64,000 nt of DNA from Rebecca billardiae RCC1528 (Eukaryota > Protista > Haptophyta): positions 558,001 through 622,000 of the forward strand of contig OZ251254.1 in the NCBI GenBank assembly GCA_965240325.2. The letters are read 5' to 3'. A model generated the notes under the pieces. That model was not told the DNA's origin and did not search any database. It saw only the letters and a list, made by a program, of their open reading frames with translations. A program made the translations under genes and the position numbers. Shown one piece after another: positions 40,733-50,951 of the stretch. Position 1 is the first letter of the stretch; each line of letters opens with the position of its first letter.

Positions 40733-42649
40733 ATGCGTGGCGCGCTCGCTCTCGCGCTGCTCGCGGCCGTGCCCGCCGGCGCGGGCGGCGCGCCGCGGTG
40801 GGCGCCGCCGCGCCACCCGTGCACCACCCCCGCCGGCCCGCGCCTCCGCCACGCCGCCCGCCGCCCGCCGCGCGCCGCGCCGCGGCTGTCGGCGCCCGCG
40901 CACGACGAGGGGAGGATGGCGGTCGTGCTCAACATGAACGCGCGCCGGGTGAACGAGCGGGTGGCGGAGATGGCGCGCGCGGAGGTGGGCGAGGCGGACG
41001 TCTTCGTCACGCGCACCGCCGACGACGCGCGGCGCGCGTGCGCCACCATCGTCGAGCGCGGGTACGCAACCGTCGTGCCGTGCGGCGGAGACGGCACGCT
41101 CGCCGGCGTGATCAACATGCTCGCGGAGATCCGGCGGGAGGAGTGGGGCGAGGCGGCGCCGCTCGAGGGGATGCCGCGCTTCGCGTACGTGCCGCTCGGC
41201 ACGGGCAACGGGATGGCCACGCTTGTCGGCCCGCGCGCGCGCACGCGCTGCGCGCTGCGCGCGCTCGCGGCCGCGCGCGACGCGCGCGCGCTCGGCGCGC
41301 GCACCCTCGCCGTGCCGGCCATCGAGGTGTGCACGCTGGACGACGGCAGCGCGGAGGAGGGCGCGGCCGCCTCGCCGCGCCCCGAGCCCGCCTCCGAGCT
41401 CTGCTTCTTCGCCGGCTGCGGCTTCGACTCGCTGATGCTCGACGACTTCAAAGCGGTGCGCCGCTGGGGCAGGCGGCTGCCGGCGTGGGCGGGCGGCGGC
41501 TGGCTGCAGTCGCTCGGCGGGTACGTGGTGGCGTACGTGGCGCGCACGCTGCCGCAGTGCCTGGCGGGGCGGCACCGCGTGTGGGCGCGCATCACCGCGC
41601 CCGCCGCCGAGCCCGCCGCGCCGCGCCCCGCGCCCCCCACTTGGTTCATGGACCCAAGGCGCGCGGACTGCGCCATGCAAGTTGGGCCCGGCGGAATCGA
41701 GGCGGGCGGCGGCGCGCAGCCGCAGCCGCAGCCGCAGCCGCAGCCGCAGGCGCAGCCACAGGGCGGCGGCGCGCAGCGCGCGGCCGGCGCGCCGAGCCTC
41801 GCGCCGGCCGTGCCAGGCGGCGCGCTCGGCGCGCCGCCGGCGCCGAGCGCGGCCGAGGGCGCGCCGGCTGATGCGGCTGCGGCCACGTTTGCCGTGCCGG
41901 CCGCGGCCGAGGCGGAGGCGCAGGGCGGCGGCGGTGCGGCGCCGCCGCAGCCCGCCGGCCCGCCCGCTCCCGGCGCGGCCTCGGCGCCGCCGCAGGCGCA
42001 GCCGCCGCAGCAGCAGCTCCTGCTGTACGAGGGCCAGGCCGGCATCATCGCCGCCGGCAGCTGCCCATACTACGGCGGCGGGCTCAAGCTGTTCCCGCTG
42101 TCGAGAGTTGTGCCCGTGGGCGGCGGCGCGGCGCCGACGCTGCACCTGCGCATCGCGCGCATCCCCGCGCTGCTCGGCTTCGTCAAGCTGTACTGGATCT
42201 TCCGCGGGACGTACCGGCACATGCGCTCGGGCGTGGTCGACTACGTGGGGAGCGAGTTCACCGTCGAGCTGGGCAACGCGTACCCACTGCAGCACTCGGG
42301 CGAGGCGGTGGGCGCGGCGCGCGTGTTCAGACTGCGCGCCGCGCCCTCGCCCATCCGCTTCGTCGACCAGCTGCCGCCCGCGCCGCACTTTGCGGAGGTC
42401 GCGGCGGCGCTCGGCGCGCGGGGCGAGCACCGCGCGCCGCGCGCGCGCCGCTGGCGCCGGGCTGCGAGGGGCGGCGCGCCCGCGCGCGCCGTGGGCGGTG
42501 CAGACGCTCCCGTGAGCGCGGGCGGCGAGCACGGCCCAGCGGGTGCGGCGGCTGCAGCAGACGCCGCGGGCGCCGGCGGGGCGGAGGAGGAGGGCGAGAC
42601 GCGCGTCGGCGCAGAGCAGGCGGCGCATGCCGCGGCCGGCGGCCAATGA
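40733..42649 (+). CDS. Diacylglycerol kinase catalytic-domain (YegS/DAGKc) family lipid kinase with signal + transit-like leader
   Basis: VVLNMNAR, VVPCGGDGTL, YVPLGTGNG, FAGCGFDS, PYYGGG, LQHSGE; leader MRGALALALLAAVPAGA followed by an Arg/Pro-rich segment. Confidence 0.87.
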   Translation: MRGALALALLAAVPAGAGGAPRWAPPRHPCTTPAGPRLRHAARRPPRAAPRLSAPAHDEGRMAVVLNMNARRVNERVAEMARAEVGEADVFVTRTADDARRACATIVERGYATVVPCGGDGTLAGVINMLAEIRREEWGEAAPLEGMPRFAYVPLGTGNGMATLVGPRARTRCALRALAAARDARALGARTLAVPAIEVCTLDDGSAEEGAAASPRPEPASELCFFAGCGFDSLMLDDFKAVRRWGRRLPAWAGGGWLQSLGGYVVAYVARTLPQCLAGRHRVWARITAPAAEPAAPRPAPPTWFMDPRRADCAMQVGPGGIEAGGGAQPQPQPQPQPQAQPQGGGAQRAAGAPSLAPAVPGGALGAPPAPSAAEGAPADAAAATFAVPAAAEAEAQGGGGAAPPQPAGPPAPGAASAPPQAQPPQQQLLLYEGQAGIIAAGSCPYYGGGLKLFPLSRVVPVGGGAAPTLHLRIARIPALLGFVKLYWIFRGTYRHMRSGVVDYVGSEFTVELGNAYPLQHSGEAVGAARVFRLRAAPSPIRFVDQLPPAPHFAEVAAALGARGEHRAPRARRWRRAARGGAPARAVGGADAPVSAGGEHGPAGAAAAADAAGAGGAEEEGETRVGAEQAAHAAAGGQ

Positions 42650-42914
42650 CGACCGGCGGCTGCTGCCACTGCCAGCGCGCCGCGCTGATGTGAGCCGCGC
42701 CGCCGCGCGCGGCCGCGCGGGTCATGCAAGAAGACTTCAGCAGAAGGTACTGCTGGCGCAATCGTCCGCGGCCACGACTCCGCTGCATGATCAGAGTCTC
42801 ATGTGTGATGTCGCCTCATCAGCGAATAGCAGACGATATACATACACACATATATATACATATATATATATATATTATCGCCGATGTGTGTGTACATATA
42901 TGTATATGTATATG

Positions 42915-42946
<32 letters not shown>

Positions 42947-43626
42947 TCGACATCATGACAATGTTATATATTATTATTATATTATTAATATAATAATAAC
43001 ATCGTCATCCGAGCGTCTCATCATGTATCGTCCCGCCGCCCGCGCCGATCACGTAATCGGTCGTGGACGTAGTAGTCGGCCTAGTGGTTCAGTCGTTCGG
43101 TAACATCGGCCCGCCCCGCGATATATGCTCGTCATCAGTTAGATGGCAGCCTGCTAGTGATATGGCGGCCTGATGCGCGGCGGCTGATAATGCCGCAATA
43201 TGATTAACATGCCGCGGCCCCGCACGGCCCCGCTGATCCTGATGGCGGCGAGTCGGATAACGGATTGACAGTCTGCCGGTCACACATTACATTGGTCATT
43301 GCTACTCAGGAATGAAATCAGGCGTACAGTGTCACCTGACATATCAGTATAAACCCGGCACCCTCGCTCGACTGGCACCTCGGCGACCTCGGCACCTCGG
43401 CGACCTCCGGCGATCACTCGCTGACATTGCAGACTGCTGCTGATCTGAGTGATCAAGCAGAGCTCTCGGACTCGGATCGAGCGCCTGGCCGCTTTCCGGG
43501 ATTGCCCTGAACTGCATGGGCGGTCGCGCAGCGGTGCCTGTCTGCAGTGGCGACGACCAACGGGTGCGCTGCGCACAACCGGGGGCGAACAGGCACCCAA
43601 AGCAAAAGCCGCGGGCCGAGCGAGCG

Positions 43627-45495
43627 ATGGACGCGGCCGATCCGCGCGATGCGCTCGACAACGCGCTGCTGGACAGCGACGCAGACGAGGAGGACGAGGA
43701 GGATCAGAGCCGTGGCAGGTGGAGGCGCCCGAGCGTCGACTTCTGGACGCGCATGGGCCGCGCGGAGAGCGCCGTCTCACTCTCGAGCCTCGTGCTCGGC
43801 GCGGGCGAGGTTGCAGACGGCTCGGTGCTGCGCGCGCGCGCGATGTCCGCGGCTGCGCTCGACGGCTACGCGGGAAAGCTCTCGCCGGCGGCGCCCTCGC
43901 GTATCACGCGCGCTCGGGCACCGACGGCGCCGCATGCCTACGCGCACGCCCGCCGCTCGCGGCTGGACACGCCGCCGATCACCGAGGACGAGACCGCCGC
44001 AGCGGGCGCCGACGACGTCGCCGTGCCGGCCGCGGTCGGCGAAGGCGGCATGTCCGTGCGCGTGGTAGGGCTGCTGTGTCTCTGCCAGATCGCCCACTTC
44101 TACTCCATGTGCTCCATCTTCTCGTACGCGGGCTTCCTGTGCGTGGACGCGGGCTGGGTGGAGTCGGCGGACCGCGCGGGCTTCCTAGCCGGGCTTCTGG
44201 CGACCATGCTGCCGCTCGGCCGGCTGCCCACGTCCGTGCCTTGGGGGCACCTGGCGGACAAGGCGGGCCGGCGGCCCGCGCTCGTCGGCTCGATGGCGGG
44301 CGTCGCCCTCGGCTCCGTCGCGTTCGCGTTCTGCACCGACCTGCGCGCTGCGCTTGCGGTGCGCTTTGTGCTGCTGGGCGGCGGCAACGGCTGGAACTCG
44401 ATCCTCGGGCCGATCTGCGCGGAGAACGCGGGCGGCGAGCAGGCGCGCCTGATCGGCTACGTGTTTGGCGCCGGCGGCGTGATCAACATGCTCGGCCCCG
44501 CCGTCGGCGGGCTGACGTACGGCAGCGGGCCGCTGGGCGCGCGCTTCCCCGCGATGGTGCCCTCCCTGATCGGGGCAGTGCTCGGCGCCCTGGCCGCGCT
44601 GCTCGCATATCTGTGGCTGCCCGAGACCAAGCCGGTGGCCGCGCGGCCACGGCTCAGCCTCGGCTCGCGCGCGAGCGGCGCCTCGCGTACCTCCGGCCCC
44701 CGGCTCAGTGGCACGTCCGGGCCTCGGCTCAGCAGCGCGAGCGGCGGCGCCGCAAAGACCGGCAAGCAGCTCGGGAGCGACGCCGGCGCGGCGGCGGGCC
44801 CGGGGCTTGGGCGCGCGCTGCTCACGACGCCGATGCCCGCCATGCTCGTCCTGCGCAGCGGCATCGGCCTCGCGGCGTTTGCGAGCTACGACATCGTCCC
44901 GCTGTGGGCGATCGCCTCGTTGGACGCGGGAGGCGTGCAGCTGCCCAAGCAGTCCCTAGGCCTCCTCCTCGCCGCGGCCGCGAGCGTGCAGCTGCTGTGG
45001 ACGACGTTTGCGATGGGGCCGGTCATGGCGCGCGCGGGCAGCCGGCGGACGTTCGCCGGCGCGTGCGTCGTCGGCGCGTGCGCGCTCGTCGCGCTGCCGC
45101 ACACGCACACGATGCCGCTGCTCGCTGTGATCCCGCTCGTGGCCGCGCAGGCAGCCGCGCTCAACACCGCCTGCACGGCCTCCATCATCGCGACCAACGA
45201 GGCTGTGACCCTCGTCGCGCACGAGCTCGCGGGCGCGCTCAACGGCGTGCTCGTCACGGCCGAGTCCGTCGCCAAGGCGCTCGGGCCGGCTGTGGCGGCG
45301 CCCTTGTTCGCAGCGGCGATCACGGCTCGGCCAGCGTCAGAGGGGCAGCCCAGCGGCGCCGCGCTCACCTTCGCGGGGCTCGCCGTGCTCGTCAGCCTCT
45401 TTGGCGCCGGCGCGGCTCGCTTTCTGCGCGCCCTCGACTCGCGCGATCGCGAGCCCGACAGCCTCCCGGTCGTCGCAGAGCACTTGCTGGAATGA
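43627..45495 (+). CDS. Major facilitator superfamily transporter (ZIFL/DHA1-like)
   Basis: About 12 hydrophobic segments; motif A WGHLADKAGRRPAL; GPAVGG; ESVAKALGP. An alternative ATG lies at 43516. Confidence 0.9.
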   Translation: MDAADPRDALDNALLDSDADEEDEEDQSRGRWRRPSVDFWTRMGRAESAVSLSSLVLGAGEVADGSVLRARAMSAAALDGYAGKLSPAAPSRITRARAPTAPHAYAHARRSRLDTPPITEDETAAAGADDVAVPAAVGEGGMSVRVVGLLCLCQIAHFYSMCSIFSYAGFLCVDAGWVESADRAGFLAGLLATMLPLGRLPTSVPWGHLADKAGRRPALVGSMAGVALGSVAFAFCTDLRAALAVRFVLLGGGNGWNSILGPICAENAGGEQARLIGYVFGAGGVINMLGPAVGGLTYGSGPLGARFPAMVPSLIGAVLGALAALLAYLWLPETKPVAARPRLSLGSRASGASRTSGPRLSGTSGPRLSSASGGAAKTGKQLGSDAGAAAGPGLGRALLTTPMPAMLVLRSGIGLAAFASYDIVPLWAIASLDAGGVQLPKQSLGLLLAAAASVQLLWTTFAMGPVMARAGSRRTFAGACVVGACALVALPHTHTMPLLAVIPLVAAQAAALNTACTASIIATNEAVTLVAHELAGALNGVLVTAESVAKALGPAVAAPLFAAAITARPASEGQPSGAALTFAGLAVLVSLFGAGAARFLRALDSRDREPDSLPVVAEHLLE

Positions 45496-45546
45496 ACTAA
45501 TTACTGCGGCTTACGGCGCTGCTGCCGGTCATCATCGTTATTTTCG

Positions 45547-45553
<7 letters not shown>

Positions 45554-45608
<55 letters not shown>
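45554..45608. repeat. (GT)n microsatellite
   Basis: About 27 GT units, continued at 47300-47313 beyond the TIR element. Confidence 0.95.
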
Positions 45609-45610
<2 letters not shown>

Positions 45611-47299
45611 CAGGTTGCACGGAAAAATGACCGCCCGCGACTGACAGATGTTACATTCCCAGTGGACGCGACCTGTCCACCCGTCTTTCGGTACATGGCG
45701 CCGTCGCCGTGCGCTCGGAAGCGGCGCGCGCTCTCGCGCGCTGCACGATGCCCGCTGTTGCGGGTGCAGCGCGCCACTCCGCGCCTCGATCGGCCTCTTC
45801 CTGCTTGAGTAGCATGTACCGAAAGTCAACCACCCTTGAGCTCCAATCGCGACATCGCGCAGCCGCGCGGCACGTTCACGTGGCATCTGAGTCGCAGAGG
45901 GCAGCAGAGCAGGCCGTCTCAGCCTGGAAGAGTTCCAGGCCCGGTGTGAAGAGAGGTAGCAATGCAAGGTGGATACGTGCCATGCATGTCGCAGTCTGGC
46001 CGCACACGACGTTCGCAGCCTACGACTCGCGCGTGCGTGCTTGCGCTCGGCCACGTCCATGCATCAGCTGTGCATGCATTGGATGGAGCGCGCGCGCGAC
46101 TGGTCTTGCACATCACGTTGCGCAGCAACAGTCGCGGGAGGAGACACGCGACACTCATAGAATGCGACAACCTTGCAATGTTCATCCAGCGCGTGTTGGT
46201 GAGGGTCGAAAAGCTGGCGGCGGCTACCTCTCAATCGCTCGGTTGCACTTGATGGTGCATGCGCGCCGGCCGGAGCGCTGAAGTGTCAGAGTCGTGGCAT
46301 GCTCGAGGCTCTTGGATGAGGAGATGGCCGCTACGCAGTCCGTCTATGTCGTCAGCATGAAGAACGGCATCCACGCACGACGCCTCTCGAACGCACACGT
46401 GCTTCCGCGCTGTGACACGCATCGACAAGAACTGCTCGGCAGGCTGACGAGGCACCACGCCTCACTCACGCCCAAGAACAGCAGGGCGAGTGCTAAGGAG
46501 CGGGCGAAGGAAGCTGTCACTCGCTGCGGCAAGGACGCTCTTCCTGTACGAATGGTCAGTGAGCCCTACATAGCCTTCTTTGTCTCGCGTGAGCGCAGCA
46601 CCAAGGGTGAGGCGCGAGGTGTTGCGCAGACGGTCGCACAGGCTCACGTAGACAGCTCGATGGTGATCATCGAAAGCTTCTATCGAGTGTTCAGATGCAG
46701 AGCGCGTGCGTACACCGAGCAGGAGCTGACGACCTACATGCTATCATGCCACGCGTGGATCTCCCCGCCGGCCCACAAGTCGCTGACGACTTACTGTCGA
46801 ACTCGAATGCTCGCGCGCGGCACTGCTGGCGAAGGCTGCACTCGTCGACGAGCTCGGTCCGATCATGACGGTTTGCCATACTGCGCGTGGTGACGGGCGT
46901 TGGCGGGCTCGAGGCGGATGGCGCGGGCGGTGTGAAGCAGATAGAGCCGGGCGTGTGCGCTCGCTCCGAGACGCGTCGAAGGGAGGACTGTCTCCAGCTG
47001 CCTGATGATCCTGGTCGAGAGGGTGATGCTGCTGTGGCTTTGCCGTCTCATCACGCGACGTGTGCTGGGATGATGACAGTCACTGCCGACGGCGAGGGTG
47101 TCCCGGCTGTGCTAGCTCAAGGGATGTAGCGCACGCGGACAAGTCCTGACGACACGCGCATTCAGCTAGTCATCATGCGGGGCTGCATCGACACGCGAGG
47201 CGCGCGCCACCCACGAGCGGCGAGTGGGCGGGCGCCATCCTTCAGAGGCGCCGTCTCTGAGAAATGTAACACCAAGGACAGTTTCCTGTGCAACCTGTC
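45609..47299. mobile_element. Decayed TIR DNA transposon (hAT-like) inserted in (GT)n
   Basis: Perfect 12-bp TIR GACAGGTTGCAC / GTGCAACCTGTC extending imperfectly inward; GTGTGTGT on both sides; lower-GC interior with broken coding-like text. Superfamily assignment is tentative. Confidence 0.7.
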
Positions 47300-47319
47300 G
47301 TGTGTGTGTGTGTATATAT

Positions 47320-47771
47320 TGTCAGGGAACGCGTCTCGAGGCTTGACGGTCGCGAGGTCGTGGACGAGCTTCGGCTCTTGCTGTGGTGACGCACAGCTTG
47401 TTTTGTGTGATCGGCTCATGTTTCGTTCACGAGTTGCAGAAGCATCTGGAATGCTTCCAGATGTCAGGGAACGCGTCTCGAGGCTTGACGGTCGCGAGGT
47501 CGTGGACGAGCTTCGGCTCTTGCTGTGGTGACGCACAGCTTGTTTTGTGTGATCGGCTCATGTTTCGTTCACGAGTTGCAGAAGCATCTGGAATGCTTCC
47601 AGATGCCGCCGCCAGCCATGCTGTCCTGCTGTATTTTAGGATGAGGTTCAGGTTGATTTTGGAGGATTTTGTGCGAGCGCCGCCGCAGCGGTCGCGCCGC
47701 CACTGTGTGACTGCGAGTAAAATGTTGGATTGGAAATTGGAAATCACTGTAGATTGGCGATTCCTTTGACA
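47320..47771 (-). repeat. 3' LTR with 142-bp tandem duplication of its outer end
   Basis: 47320-47461 repeats 47462-47603. Confidence 0.9.
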
Positions 47772-48036
47772 CCCCCCCTCAATCCAATATGCGCTCGTCT
47801 GTGAGGACTAAGCTTGGATTATGAGTGATTTTGGGTTTTGTTTTGTTTGTGCATCTGTGTGCATGAGTGAATTGGAGTCAGTAATGGTTGCCAATGCCAG
47901 GATACGGGTCATGTGCTGGGACTTCCGTGTGACGGTTTTGGGTAACCCGAGTCAGTCCTGGGCTTATTTGCACCATATGTTCACTCTTTGGCCTTGATCT
48001 TGGACCTTGTTATTGGGCTATGCCCTGCCTTGATAG

Positions 48037-50421
48037 TTAATCATAGGCATCCGGAGCAGGAATATCCAGGGAATGGATACGCTCCTTGGGAAACTTGTTG
48101 GCTCCCTTGTTTTTGCCTTTGTTGTAATTGTTGGCCTTGGGGCGTAGCTCTGGGTGGAGCCTCCAACACTGCTGGGCAGTATGGTTCTTGAGACCACAGT
48201 GAGTGCACCGTTTGCCGGTGTCCGAGTTATTCGGCCCGCTCTCGCCATTGGCTGGAGCCTTTTGGGCCTGAGCGGCGAAGACTTCGGCGCCCTCAAAGTC
48301 ACCGCGTCGCCGCGTGCCTTGCTGATAATCAGCATTTTGGCGTATCTTGGAATAATTGTCGGTCTCTCTCCCCTTGGTATTGTTCTGATGGAGTAGCTTC
48401 ATTGAGCCGTGCCGTTTGTAGGCATCTTCCATCTGGGCCATTATCTGGTCAGTGTTATCCACACATTGCTCGGGCGTGAGCGCTCCGAAGTGCGAGATAA
48501 CTGACTCGTAGACTTGGGGATGGTCGTGCATGCTGTTATACAGCTTGAAGACCAACATCGTAGCATCGTCCAGATTCCCATATCGAGATGAGCGGACTTG
48601 CTCGACGGATTTCTTGATAATGTCCGATGCGCCAATGGGCGACACCTTTGTGGGGTATAACTTCAGGAATTCATCCCTGAGTTCGGACATAGTTGTGATC
48701 TTGAGCTCGCGCTCGAATATCTGTAGCAGCAGCGCCAGATCCAAGTAGTTCTTGGTCGGATCGCTGATGTGCAGCTTCGATTCCAGATAGGCGAATAACT
48801 GAGGCTCGATAGAGTCCTTCAGCTGCTTGAATATCGCTGCCGCAGATCGATCGTAGACCGATCCGATCTTGTTGGCGTCAGCGTTGTCAGCCTTGTATGG
48901 ATCGATTTTGGCTGCGTCTTTCACCCATTTGTCTTTGGCAATGAGTTGAAAGCCGGATAGCTTGCTATCCTTGGGCTCCATTATGTCAGGTGTGACATCT
49001 GAGGATTTGCCCTTGTAGTAGGTGCTCACTTCTGCGAGTGCATCCCGTATCGCGCTGTGTACCGCGCGCTTGGATTTCAGAGCCGACTGTGTCAGCTTGT
49101 ATGTGGCGGGTGTATCCACTCCTGCCGAGGATTCGCGTGCCATGAACACACGTTCCTTCTTGTTTGGATTAGAGTCTGTGACTCCTCCTTCGATGACTAT
49201 CCAGTCACGTTTCTTCGACTCAAGTGCATTGGTCGATGTGTCGCGCGCGCTCTGTGGCGATTCGCGCTCTACCTTCGAGCGAGGAGTGACCCTCGTCGAG
49301 GCTGTGGTGCCTTCTTTGGGCTTCTTCACGCTCGTTCTGTCCTGCGGTGATGCATGTGCATCCGCGGCAGCTTCGGCGGAATACTCTTCCTTGCAAGAGT
49401 GTGGCGTTGTGATGGCTGACGCAGCTGATGCATGCGCACGCGCGTCGCGCTCGCCAACTTGGTTTTGCTGCGGCTTTGCCGTCAAGCAGGTGTATGATGC
49501 CCCCCCTGCATCGTATGCGCTTCCTACGTTCGACGCGAGTCGATACGTGCCAGACGAGGACTCTGCCGTCTCTGCGGCGGTCATCTCGCGGCTGCTTGTG
49601 TTGCTCGTGGCGAGCAGCTCGGCTTCGGAAGCCATCGTGAGGCCTGCGAGGGCCCCGTGAATTTTGGGGTAAACGTATTTGTTGGTCATCTCCAAAAATA
49701 CGATGGGTTTGGTTCGGCCCTGGCAATGAATATTGGGGCTGGTGCTCGCGGTGACTGGGTCACGCGTCGTAGCATCTTGGAGCATAGTTTGCTCTGCCAG
49801 ACCATACTGGTCGTTTGCGTCGCACTCATCGGTGCTAATGCCATCGTTCGATCGGTCAGACTCAGACACAGAGTCGTGCGCGCGAGGCTGCAGACTGACT
49901 GCGGTCACGACCGCGCTGTCATTGGCGGCGGCCAGAAGGCCAGCACGCCGAGCAGCGTCGGCAGGCTCGAGGGCCTCGACGGTCGGAGCGGCATCAGCGG
50001 CAGCAGCGTCGAGCGCTACATCTGCCCCGGAACGCTCGGTGACCTCGTTCGATGACTCGGAGGCAGCAAGGCACTCCTTGAGCTGCGGGCACTCGGCCTC
50101 GCGCTCAGCCGCGCTTGCGGGCGCCAAGTCCCGGGCGGTAGTGGTTGAGATCCCCTGCGCAACGACGTGCGTGCGGATGGAGTGGCGCGATGGCGGGGGA
50201 TGCGAGCGGCAACGCTCCTCCTCACCGCGCTGTGCGCGAACCTCCTCCTCAAGGTGATCCTTGATTGACTCGGCATGAAGCCAGTCGACGCGCGGTGCAA
50301 TCGCACTCGACGCGTGGCTGCCTGAATTCAGGTCAGCGGTGTTGCCAGGCCCGTAGGCGCTGGAGATGGGCTTGCGGAGAAGCGTGAGCTTCTCGCCTTG
50401 CCGGTTCTTCTCAGCCTGCAT
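48037..50421 (-). CDS. Gag-like protein with CCHC zinc knuckle
   Basis: Open frame ending in CTHCGLKNHTAQQCWRLHPE (Cx2Cx4Hx4C, Copia-like). First ATG at 50421; the frame stays open upstream into the LTR. Confidence 0.85.
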   Translation of the reverse strand: MQAEKNRQGEKLTLLRKPISSAYGPGNTADLNSGSHASSAIAPRVDWLHAESIKDHLEEEVRAQRGEEERCRSHPPPSRHSIRTHVVAQGISTTTARDLAPASAAEREAECPQLKECLAASESSNEVTERSGADVALDAAAADAAPTVEALEPADAARRAGLLAAANDSAVVTAVSLQPRAHDSVSESDRSNDGISTDECDANDQYGLAEQTMLQDATTRDPVTASTSPNIHCQGRTKPIVFLEMTNKYVYPKIHGALAGLTMASEAELLATSNTSSREMTAAETAESSSGTYRLASNVGSAYDAGGASYTCLTAKPQQNQVGERDARAHASAASAITTPHSCKEEYSAEAAADAHASPQDRTSVKKPKEGTTASTRVTPRSKVERESPQSARDTSTNALESKKRDWIVIEGGVTDSNPNKKERVFMARESSAGVDTPATYKLTQSALKSKRAVHSAIRDALAEVSTYYKGKSSDVTPDIMEPKDSKLSGFQLIAKDKWVKDAAKIDPYKADNADANKIGSVYDRSAAAIFKQLKDSIEPQLFAYLESKLHISDPTKNYLDLALLLQIFERELKITTMSELRDEFLKLYPTKVSPIGASDIIKKSVEQVRSSRYGNLDDATMLVFKLYNSMHDHPQVYESVISHFGALTPEQCVDNTDQIMAQMEDAYKRHGSMKLLHQNNTKGRETDNYSKIRQNADYQQGTRRRGDFEGAEVFAAQAQKAPANGESGPNNSDTGKRCTHCGLKNHTAQQCWRLHPELRPKANNYNKGKNKGANKFPKERIHSLDIPAPDAYD

Positions 50422-50628
50422 GCCCCTCAGGGCAGCGGCGAGGTAGCCTCTGGCGTGCGCTTGCGCGCGATCGCCGATGAGCTGCGCGGCATTGCCGGGC
50501 GCTCTGCCACGCCTGGCTTCAACCCAATGAGGGGAGCAACTGGGGCGGGCTGATGGCCGTTCACGTCCTTGCCGCTGTTCTCGTCGTCTCCATCCTTGCC
50601 CAAGTTCTCCCAGCACCGTGCTAGCTAA

Positions 50629-50938
50629 TGTCAGGGAACGCGTCTCGAGGCTTGACGGTCGCGAGGTCGTGGACGAGCTTCGGCTCTTGCTGTGGTGACG
50701 CACAGCTTGTTTTGTGTGATCGGCTCATGTTTCGTTCACGAGTTGCAGAAGCATCTGGAATGCTTCCAGATGCCGCCGCCAGCCATGCTGTCCTGCTGTA
50801 TTTTAGGATGAGGTTCAGGTTGATTTTGGAGGATTTTGTGCGAGCGCCGCCGCAGCGGTCGCGCCGCCACTGTGTGACTGCGAGTAAAATGTTGGATTGG
50901 AAATTGGAAATCACTGTAGATTGGCGATTCCTTTGACA
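50629..50938 (-). repeat. 5' LTR
   Basis: Direct repeat of 47462-47771. Confidence 0.93.
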
Positions 50939-50951
50939 TATATATTGTGTA

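Larger units (their letters stand above)
47320..50938 (-). mobile_element. Gag-only non-autonomous LTR retrotransposon (Copia-like gag; TR-GAG type)
   Basis: 310-bp LTRs at 47462-47771 and 50629-50938, apparently identical, TGTCA...TGACA. 5-bp TSD TATAT at 47315-47319 and 50939-50943. [12 protein letters not shown] (minus strand) at 47772-47780. No pol. Confidence 0.92.

Noticed and set aside
43070-43120. tRNA A-box-like GGCCTAGTGGTT
   Set aside because: No B box (GTTCRA) at the proper spacing and no cloverleaf.
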